Positions 57,522-64,000 of a stretch of 64,000 bases of DNA are shown piece after piece; positions within the stretch are counted from its first letter, which is position 1, and every line of letters begins with the position of its first letter. A model generated the notes under the pieces. That model searched no databases and was not told the DNA's origin. It saw nothing but the letters and a program-made list of their open reading frames with translations. Source of the DNA: an uncultured Alphaproteobacteria bacterium. Its GTDB lineage: Bacteria > Pseudomonadota > Alphaproteobacteria > Bin65. The stretch covers positions 12,617 through 76,616 of the forward strand of contig CAMYMQ010000437.1 in the NCBI GenBank assembly GCA_947259335.1, in the 5' to 3' direction. The position numbers and the translations under genes are program-made.

Positions 57522-57982
57522 CGCGAGAAGGTCACGTCGGGGGTGGTGTAGAGCGCCGCGCACTCGGCGTCGCGTACGCCCTCGATGAGGTCGAGGTCCC
57601 AGTCGACCAGTTTGGCGAAGCTCTCCACCGAATAGTCCTTGAAGGCGAAAGCGAGGTCAGCCAAATCGCGCAGCCGGGCACCAAGGACCAGGCGCGGCAG
57701 GCCGGCGTTGAACATCGCGCCGAGGCACATGGGACAGGGTTCGCAGGTGCCGTAGAAGGTGCAATCCTTCAACGTACGGCGGCCAAGCGAGGTTGTCGCC
57801 GCGCGAATGGCGAGCAATTCGGAATGGGCGGTGGAATCGCCGGTCGAGACCTTGAGGCTGTGCGTCCGAGCGAGCAGGGTTCCGCCATGGACAATGACCG
57901 AACCGAAGGGCTGCTCGCCCTCGTCGAGGCCAGCCCTCGCTTCTTTCAGAGCGATGGCCATGAACGAGTCGTGTTCACTCAC
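57518..57982 (-). CDS. CMP/dCMP-type zinc deaminase (guanine/nucleoside deaminase-like)
   Basis: 154 aa. HSE...TCEPCPMCLGAM zinc motifs. GTG start with AAGGAGAG about 10 nt upstream. Its stop overlaps the GMC start (ATGA). Confidence 0.85.
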   Translation of the reverse strand: MSEHDSFMAIALKEARAGLDEGEQPFGSVIVHGGTLLARTHSLKVSTGDSTAHSELLAIRAATTSLGRRTLKDCTFYGTCEPCPMCLGAMFNAGLPRLVLGARLRDLADLAFAFKDYSVESFAKLVDWDLDLIEGVRDAECAALYTTPDVTFSR

Positions 57983-58092
57983 AAGACCCCCCTCTCCTTT
58001 GGCCTGACAGCGGCGGCGGCAGGTCCATAGCGCCCTTCCAAGGAGCCGGCGCTAAAAGGCCTCGACGCCAACGGTGGCACTTGCGTCCTCCC

Positions 58093-58114
58093 GGCGAAAA
58101 CGACGGCCCCGTCG
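58093..58114 (-). terminator. Candidate intrinsic terminator for the upstream amidohydrolase gene, embedded in a larger nested hairpin
   Basis: The reverse strand reads CGACGG-GG-CCGTCG followed by TTTTCGCC. It lies about 210 nt downstream of the stop at 58324. Confidence 0.35.
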
Positions 58115-58323
58115 GGGCATGATTCTTTTCGCGGTGCCACCACCCCCCGAAGCGCTGCATCGCCGGCCATACCGACCTTCTCTGCTGCCCGCGGTCGCAC
58201 CCGGCCGCATTTGGAGATCGGCCCGTCGCGCTTCGGATTTTCACCCGGCCACGAGCCCAGCGGATGTGGGGCCGTCTGCCGGCGAGGATCGTTCCGTCGC
58301 GGGTGGTCTTGCATCTTGGGGGT

Positions 58324-59694
58324 TCAGGCGACGCGCGCCGAAACGCGTTCAGCGCCCGGTACAATCCGCGCCGCGATTTCATTGGCCGCCACCAGGACGT
58401 CCCGCTCCCGCACCGTTAGGACTTCACGATTCCGCATGACAGCGTTCCCGGCGATGAACACATCGCGCACATCGCTGCCCTTGGCCGAATAGACGAGCGC
58501 CGCCGGAATATCGAGAGCGGGTGTCAGATGGGGTTGCGCCAGGTTCACGGTGATGACGTCGGCATCCTTGCCGACTTCCAGCGACCCGGTTCGATCCGCC
58601 ATCCCGAGCGCCCTCGCCCCCTCGATCGTAGCCATCTCCAGAACCCGGTAGCGCCCCAGAGCGGTCGGATCGTTCGCAGCCGTCTTCGCCGTGGCGCAGG
58701 CATACTTCATGGTTTCGAACAGGTCCTGCCCGCAATTGGCGGCGGGCCCGTTGGTACCCAGTCCGCAGATCAGACCGGCATCGAGGAACGGCCTCAGTCC
58801 CGGGAACCCGGTGCCCCAGAACAGCCGGGTCTGCGGATCGAAAACAACCGCCGTCTCGGTTTCGGCCAGAAGCTCGATCTCTCGGTCGTTGAGGTCGGCG
58901 ACGGCGACCGCCTGCACGCTGGACCCGAGGCAGCGGCCTTCGTAGAGCAGCTCCACATTGCGGATCGAACGGCCATGGGCCTCCTCGATCTTTTCGTTGA
59001 ATTCCGGCGATTCGGCGACATGCATGTGGATGCCGATACCAAGCCGGTCGGCGAGTGCCCGGGTCTCGAACAAGTCCTCGATATCGACAATCCACGGCAG
59101 CAACGGTCCGATCGAGACACCCAGACGGCCGCCCTCCGCGCCGTGCCAGTCTTCCACCAGCGACTCGACCGCCTCGGCTTGTTGTTCGTGGCTTTCGAGA
59201 AACTCAGGCGCAAAGTTGCGAGCATGGTAGGCGCGGGCCACGACGCCGCGCACGCCAACGTCGCGCATGGCACGGAAGATGGCGTTCTCCGGCGTGAAAT
59301 CCCGCGTGCGGGGAATGAACGTGTTCTCGACGACGGTCGTGTTGCCGTTCTTGATGTTTTCGACACAGCCGAGCAGCGCGCCGTAATAAGTCGCGGTGTC
59401 GTCCAGCCGTGCCATGATCGGCATTTCCACCTTGAGCCAATCGAGCAGCCGGCGTTCTGTGCCGATCGTGCGGCCATAGATCATGCACAGGTGCGTGTGG
59501 CAGTTGACCAGGCCCGGCAACACCGCACAACCCGTGGCGTCGACGACCTCCGCTCCCTCCGGAGCCTCGATTTCATCGGTGCGTCCCACGGCGGATATCT
59601 TGCCGTCCTCGATCAGAAGCGCCCCGTCCGGAAGCTCCGTTCGATTTCCGTCCATGGTCAAGATATGACCGCCGCGAAGGACAACGCTGCTCAT
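58324..59694 (-). CDS. Amidohydrolase-superfamily deaminase/chlorohydrolase-type enzyme (guanine deaminase / TrzA / MTA-SAH deaminase-like)
   Basis: About 456 aa from MSSVVLRGGHILTMDG. LPGLVNCHTHLCM HxH motif and GSLEVGKDADVITV C-terminal motif. Confidence 0.85.
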   Translation of the reverse strand: MSSVVLRGGHILTMDGNRTELPDGALLIEDGKISAVGRTDEIEAPEGAEVVDATGCAVLPGLVNCHTHLCMIYGRTIGTERRLLDWLKVEMPIMARLDDTATYYGALLGCVENIKNGNTTVVENTFIPRTRDFTPENAIFRAMRDVGVRGVVARAYHARNFAPEFLESHEQQAEAVESLVEDWHGAEGGRLGVSIGPLLPWIVDIEDLFETRALADRLGIGIHMHVAESPEFNEKIEEAHGRSIRNVELLYEGRCLGSSVQAVAVADLNDREIELLAETETAVVFDPQTRLFWGTGFPGLRPFLDAGLICGLGTNGPAANCGQDLFETMKYACATAKTAANDPTALGRYRVLEMATIEGARALGMADRTGSLEVGKDADVITVNLAQPHLTPALDIPAALVYSAKGSDVRDVFIAGNAVMRNREVLTVRERDVLVAANEIAARIVPGAERVSARVA

Positions 59695-59780
59695 TGCAAT
59701 TTTGCCGGCCCCCGAATGATCGAACACATTTCAATAAAGCAACCGAACCACATGCGAATGAAATAATCCAGCATGCCGTC

Positions 59781-60668
59781 TCATCGGCGCCGTGTGTCCG
59801 AGATCTGGCGGCGGATCGCGGTCCCGATCGGACCGTCCGCATCGGCAAATACGTTGCTGACATCGAAATGATTGTAGTGCGGGAGTTCCTCGGCACAGAG
59901 GGGATGACCGGCCGACGCCCAAGCCGCAGCGAAATCCCTCGACTGGCGCCGGAACTCCTCGAGGTCGCCATCCCCCCAAAACAGGGCGAGATCCGGCGGG
60001 CTCTCCCCCGGGATATGCCGGATGGGACTCAGTGTCTCCACATCCTCATCGGACAGATCAAGATAGTCCTGACGCGCGCTAAGACGCACCGGCTCGAGGT
60101 CATACAGGCCGCAAGCCGCAGTCGCCCCCTTGATGACGTCCTGCGGCAGGCGGAACCGGCCGTGCCACCCACTCGCAATCAAGCAGCCAACGAGGTGCCC
60201 GCCTGAGGAATGACCCGACACCGTAATCCGATCCCGGCTGCCCCTGTAGTCTCCGATATTCCGCCATGCCCAGGCGAGCGCTGATCGAGCCTGCCGCACC
60301 ATGGTCTTGAGCGGCACCACAGTCGCGAGCGCGAAGCCGACCGCGATATAGATCGCGCCCGAGTCGACCACCGGCCGGGCCCCGATGGCACCGAAGGACT
60401 TGTCCAGCAGCTTCCAAGATCCACCATGGTAGTAAAGGTGCACCGGCCAGCCTCCCGCGGGAGGCTCGCCCTCGGGCAGGAAAATATCCAGTCTCTCGGC
60501 CCTGCCCCTCCCGTACCGAATATCGGTCCGGCAGTTCAGCGTGCGCCGCGCCGTTGCACTGGTTTCGGCCCAGAAATCCAGATAGGGGGAGAGATCCGGA
60601 ACATTGGTTGCCTGATCATATTGTGCATCGAGCTGGGACTGGGTGTAGTCGCGGTAGACTGGTGTCAT
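59781..60668 (-). CDS. Alpha/beta hydrolase, arylformamidase / esterase-like
   Basis: About 295 aa from MTPVYRDY. Oxyanion motif YYHGGSW and nucleophile elbow VSGHSSGGHL. Confidence 0.8.
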   Translation of the reverse strand: MTPVYRDYTQSQLDAQYDQATNVPDLSPYLDFWAETSATARRTLNCRTDIRYGRGRAERLDIFLPEGEPPAGGWPVHLYYHGGSWKLLDKSFGAIGARPVVDSGAIYIAVGFALATVVPLKTMVRQARSALAWAWRNIGDYRGSRDRITVSGHSSGGHLVGCLIASGWHGRFRLPQDVIKGATAACGLYDLEPVRLSARQDYLDLSDEDVETLSPIRHIPGESPPDLALFWGDGDLEEFRRQSRDFAAAWASAGHPLCAEELPHYNHFDVSNVFADADGPIGTAIRRQISDTRRR

Positions 60669-60819
60669 TGCTGTCGGGCGTCGGCGTAATTGGAACGAGC
60701 AGCTAGTCATCCAAGGATGCCCCCCATCCTTACAGTCCTTTCCGGCTGGGTAGGAAGGACGACGTTATCACGGCAACTCAGATTGGCGTCGAGGGGTGGC
60801 ACGGGAACCTTCGAACGGA

Positions 60820-61130
60820 CGCGCTTGCCCGACGAGAGGGTGACCTACGTCGGGCAGCCCGTGGTCGTGGCAGATTCCCTGTCGCCGGCCCTCGACGCCA
60901 CGGATCTTGCCGAGGTTGACTACAGGCCGTTGCCGGCAGTGTTCGATCCTGTGACTGCGTTGAAGGACGGGGCCTCAGCACCTCGCGCTCTCGGTCAAGG
61001 CGACCAAGGGCATTCCAGTCGAAGCGTTCGGGTCGGCGGCTGTGGCCGTCGATGGGGAAATCGTCTCTCACCGCTATGTCGCCGCGCCACTGGCGACCCG
61101 AGGCATCCGGGCCAGAGTCGATCGGACGGC
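60820..61130 (+). pseudogene. Frameshifted, truncated remnant of a molybdopterin hydroxylase large subunit (xanthine dehydrogenase / CoxL / aldehyde oxidase family)
   Basis: One frame reads ERVTYVGQPVVVADSLSPALDATDLAEVDYRPLPAVFDPVTALKDGA (a/b-hammerhead-like). A second frame reads EAFGSAAVAVDGEIVSHRYVAAPLATRGIRARVD. Neither the N-terminal nor the C-terminal remainder is present. Confidence 0.5.
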
Positions 61131-61985
61131 TGAACTCGCCCGCCGGCAAATCACGGCGAATAATATTTTGCATTCGGGTTCAGTTTCAAAATCCCTCGTC
61201 ATATTCGGGCTTGCCCGCGCCACTCATCAAATCGGTCGATCGGCTTTGCCAGTAAACATCATATTACGGCATAGTCTGCACACCCGAGATTGACCTTATT
61301 GGATCGAGACTGGCCCAAAACATTTCAAGAAATAGGATCCATTTTTCCTCTTTAAGCCGGGCGTGGAGCGCTTCTCCGAACCATCTGTTATATGCGTTAA
61401 AATCGGTCTAAGCGCTTCGACCGGACGCGAATTAACAATAAGACCATAAATCCCCGATCCGGATTGGCAGTATACCAAAGCGACGCACCAAGAAGTGTTT
61501 TCGGCAACTTCATCGCGGAGAGTGTTCACAGCTTTTAATTTCTTCTTGCGGTGGGACTTACGAGTTCGACATGTCGTATAATACCATCCGGCGCTGTCTT
61601 GAACTTGGGTCGACCTACGCAAAGCGCCATCGGCCATTCGGTCGTTACCATCTGGACAAGATGGTCGTCTTGATCGGGAGCAGATCAACTCAACCCTCTA
61701 TCTTGAAGACGAACAAGCAACGCATGGGACCCTCCGGTCCCTGGACACGTCCAGCCCGACAAATAACCCGCTTTATCTTCGGGTCCTCCCAGCCCTCGTA
61801 ACTGGCCGCGCTAACCCTCGGCGCCGTCCCGCCACAAAGGCATTTCGCCGCCGTACCTTTCGAAGATTCCATGTTTGAAGATGTCAAGGCCGACGATTTT
61901 TCCATAAATGTTAGTGCGTTGCGGTATGCTAGACTTTTATCCTACCGCCGCTAACTGATTGCGACTGATTGTGCCGGAGACATAT

Positions 61986-63503
61986 ATGCAGAGCAGCAAC
62001 CTTGGACACGCGACTTTAGTCATCAGGAATGGCCTTCTCGTCCGCGGCTCAGCCTCCGATCGTCGACTCGAGCGCGCAGACATTCGGATAGAAGATCAGC
62101 GAATCGCGGCCATCGGCTCGAATCTCGCGGCCCAGAATGGAGAGGCAGAAGTCCTCGACGCATCCGCCCGGATAGTCATGCCCGGACTTATCAACGCGCA
62201 TATGCACTCGAACGAGAGCTTCGAATGTGGCGCCTATGACAATCTTCCGCTCGACTTGTGGCTTCTCCAGAGCTATTCACCGCTCGGTTCTCCGATCCGC
62301 TCCGAGCGGGAGCACTATCTTCGCACCATGGCTTGCGCCATTCGGTCGATTCGCTCTGGCGTGACAACAGTCCAAGACGATCTCGTATACCCGCCGTCGA
62401 CTGCCGACGCCGTCGATATGGCCATGTCTGCTTACCGCGACGCCGGCCTTCGGGCTTGGGTGACGGTGGACATGTGGAACTTGCCATTCATGGAGTGTTT
62501 TCCGTTTTTGGACGGCATCATGCCCGACCACCTTCAGGAGGAACTGAATCGCCTACCGAACCTCTCAATCGCGGAATACGAATCTCTGTTCGAGGCGCAT
62601 TTTACAAATTGGCACGAACACGATGGGCGGCTTCGCCTCGTCCTTGCGCCGTGCGGCCCTCAACGTTGCTCAGAAGAGCTTTTGCGCGCGATCGGAAGAC
62701 TTTCCGAAAAATATGATGTGCCGATCCACAGCCACACTTTGGAAACGCGGCTCCAGGCCATCCACGCCAAGCTTCAACACAATTGCACTTGGGTCGAATA
62801 TTTTGAGGAACTGGGTTTGCTAGGGCCTCGCACGACCCTGGTCCACGGCATTTGGCTTACGCAATCCGATATTGAGCTTCTTGCCGACCGCGACTGTTCA
62901 GTCGTCCACAATCCCTTGAGCAACCTGAAGCTTGGCAGCGGCGTGGCTCCGGTGCGGCAATTGCTGGACGCCGGAGTCAATGTGGCGCTTGGCACCGACG
63001 GCATGGCCACCAGCGACACCGCCGACCTAGTCGAGGCGATTCGCGTCGCAAGCCTTATCCATAAGGTCGCCGATCCAGACTATGAGCACTGGGTCTCCGC
63101 CGAGGAGGTCTTCGATATCGCGACGCGCGGGGGTGCCCGAAGCGGCTTGATGGAAAGCGAAGTCGGCGCCCTGGAGGAAGGCATGCGCGCAGATATCATT
63201 TTGCTCGACGCGTCAGACTGGGGCTTCACGCCGTCGACCAACCCCGTTCAGCAGCTAGCCTTTTCCGCAAGTTCGGCTGCCGTGAAGACGTCGATTATCA
63301 ATGGCCGTATCGTCATGCTTGACGGTAGGGTGCTCTCGATTGACGAGGATGCGGTAAAGGCGGAAATCCGCGAAGCGGCCGAACGGTTCTGGCGCGATGA
63401 CGTGCCGGCTATGCGCGCCGGTGCAGCTCGATTGGAGCCCTATCTGGACGCGATGTACCAGCGTGGCCTTGAAGAAGACTTCGAGCTGAGCGGCGAGCGC
63501 TAG
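61986..63503 (+). CDS. Amidohydrolase-superfamily deaminase/chlorohydrolase-type enzyme (paralogue type of 58324-59694)
   Basis: About 505 aa from MQSSNLGHATLVIRNG. MPGLINAHMHSNE HxH motif and GALEEGMRADIILLD motif. Confidence 0.85.
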   Translation: MQSSNLGHATLVIRNGLLVRGSASDRRLERADIRIEDQRIAAIGSNLAAQNGEAEVLDASARIVMPGLINAHMHSNESFECGAYDNLPLDLWLLQSYSPLGSPIRSEREHYLRTMACAIRSIRSGVTTVQDDLVYPPSTADAVDMAMSAYRDAGLRAWVTVDMWNLPFMECFPFLDGIMPDHLQEELNRLPNLSIAEYESLFEAHFTNWHEHDGRLRLVLAPCGPQRCSEELLRAIGRLSEKYDVPIHSHTLETRLQAIHAKLQHNCTWVEYFEELGLLGPRTTLVHGIWLTQSDIELLADRDCSVVHNPLSNLKLGSGVAPVRQLLDAGVNVALGTDGMATSDTADLVEAIRVASLIHKVADPDYEHWVSAEEVFDIATRGGARSGLMESEVGALEEGMRADIILLDASDWGFTPSTNPVQQLAFSASSAAVKTSIINGRIVMLDGRVLSIDEDAVKAEIREAAERFWRDDVPAMRAGAARLEPYLDAMYQRGLEEDFELSGER

Positions 63504-63591
63504 CGTTGGACAGTTTATGTGACGGATTGACCGCACCTCTGTCGGCGTTGTGCTAATGCACAATTAAGCCGTAGGCGCTAAATCCTCGAAT

Positions 63592-64000
63592 TTAGGCCTC
63601 AGTGCCTGCATTCCGCAGCAGGTGCCGGAGCAGCTTTCCGGTCGCATTGCGCGGCAAGGGTTCGGCCGATATCTCAACCGCCTTCGGCGCCTTGTAACGG
63701 GCCAAGTGACCGGCGCAGAAGGCCTCAATGGCTTTCTGGCTCAGGGCGGAAGCGCCCTCCCGCATAACGACTACAGCGCAAGGCACCTCGCCCCAGGTCG
63801 GATCCGGGCGCGCGACGACTGCAACGTCGGCGATGGATGGATGCTGCGCTAGCACTGCCTCCACTTCGGCGGGAAAGATGTTCTCGCCACCCGAAATGAT
63901 GACGTCCTTCTTTCGATCCTTGACGTAGAGATAGCCGTCGCTGTCCAGACAGCCAACATCGCCGGTACGAAACCAGCCATCCGTGAAGGCGTCGGCCGTG
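63592..64000 (-). CDS. AMP-dependent acyl-CoA synthetase/ligase, C-terminal part (gene continues beyond the window)
   Basis: The reverse strand of 63865-64000 reads DGWFRTGDVGCLDSDGYLYVKDRKKDVIISGGENIFPAEVE and continues into the listed ORF (...ARYKAPKAVEISAEPLPRNATGKLLR). Confidence 0.85.
   Translation of the reverse strand, partial: TADAFTDGWFRTGDVGCLDSDGYLYVKDRKKDVIISGGENIFPAEVEAVLAQHPSIADVAVVARPDPTWGEVPCAVVVMREGASALSQKAIEAFCAGHLARYKAPKAVEISAEPLPRNATGKLLRHLLRNAGTEA

Noticed and set aside
58235-58245. The reverse strand reads GGTGAAAATCC, which resembles a conserved segment of cobalamin riboswitches
   Set aside because: I could not find the rest of the cobalamin core (GCCACTG-type B12 box and flanking GGGAA/CCCGC elements) nearby. 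The downstream genes (deaminase, GMC oxidoreductase) have no link to B12. Only an Infernal scan could settle it.
61296-61688. A 130-aa ORF (-) and neighbouring 70-76-aa ORFs in the AT-rich patch
   Set aside because: No ribosome-binding sites and no recognisable domains. The composition is unlike the rest of the window and the ORFs overlap each other on both strands. I cannot support any of them as genes without a database search.
1-64000. Search for CRISPR arrays, tRNA/rRNA genes, IS elements, integrases, toxin-antitoxin or defence genes
   Set aside because: No regularly spaced direct repeats were seen. The few GGTTCGA T-loop-like strings (for example near 48200, 19510, 58590) are inside well-supported coding regions and lack acceptor-stem context. 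No transposase, integrase or nuclease-helicase signatures appear in any listed ORF.

Overview
High-GC proteobacterial DNA, probably alphaproteobacterial judging by gene content, from a chromosome or megaplasmid. It is almost entirely catabolic enzymes, transporters and their regulators. I saw no rRNA, tRNA, CRISPR array, transposase, integrase, phage or defence genes. Main blocks, left to right: (1) TetR plus SDR, a two-subunit Rieske dioxygenase, GST and an ornithine-cyclodeaminase-like gene. (2) GntR plus a TAXI-TRAP transporter, then a LigAB-type extradiol dioxygenase flanked by two isochorismatase-fold genes. (3) SulP-STAS permease, tandem USP and a sulfatase. (4) A CoA-dependent cluster: thiolase, CoA-transferase, nitronate monooxygenase-like gene, acyl-CoA ligase, hydrolase and a lignostilbene/carotenoid-type oxygenase. 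(5) DctPQM TRAP, a tandem HxlR regulator, an FAD monooxygenase-DUF2783-VanA-like oxygenase operon, a LuxR solo and an aldo/keto reductase. (6) From about 35.5 kb, a less GC-rich block: a three-gene hydantoinase A / hydantoinase B / mini acetone-carboxylase-gamma-like set bracketed by two XRE-cupin regulators, a third isochorismatase-fold gene, a BMP-family ABC importer, a PuuE-like deacetylase, an amidohydrolase-Rieske ferredoxin-VanA-like operon, a Liv-type ABC system, a deaminase-GMC oxidoreductase pair, more amidohydrolases, an arylformamidase-like esterase and decayed gene remnants. The observations I rank highest are: (a) a conserved 22-nt motif upstream of at least three, possibly five, transcription units; (b) the uncharacterised HyuA/HyuB/gamma-like ATP-dependent enzyme with its amidase and transporter context; (c) a tandem HxlR regulator in which each repeat carries a Cys/His tail; (d) three Rieske oxygenase systems with no reductase anywhere in 64 kb. 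All functional assignments come from reading motifs by eye. No database search was run.
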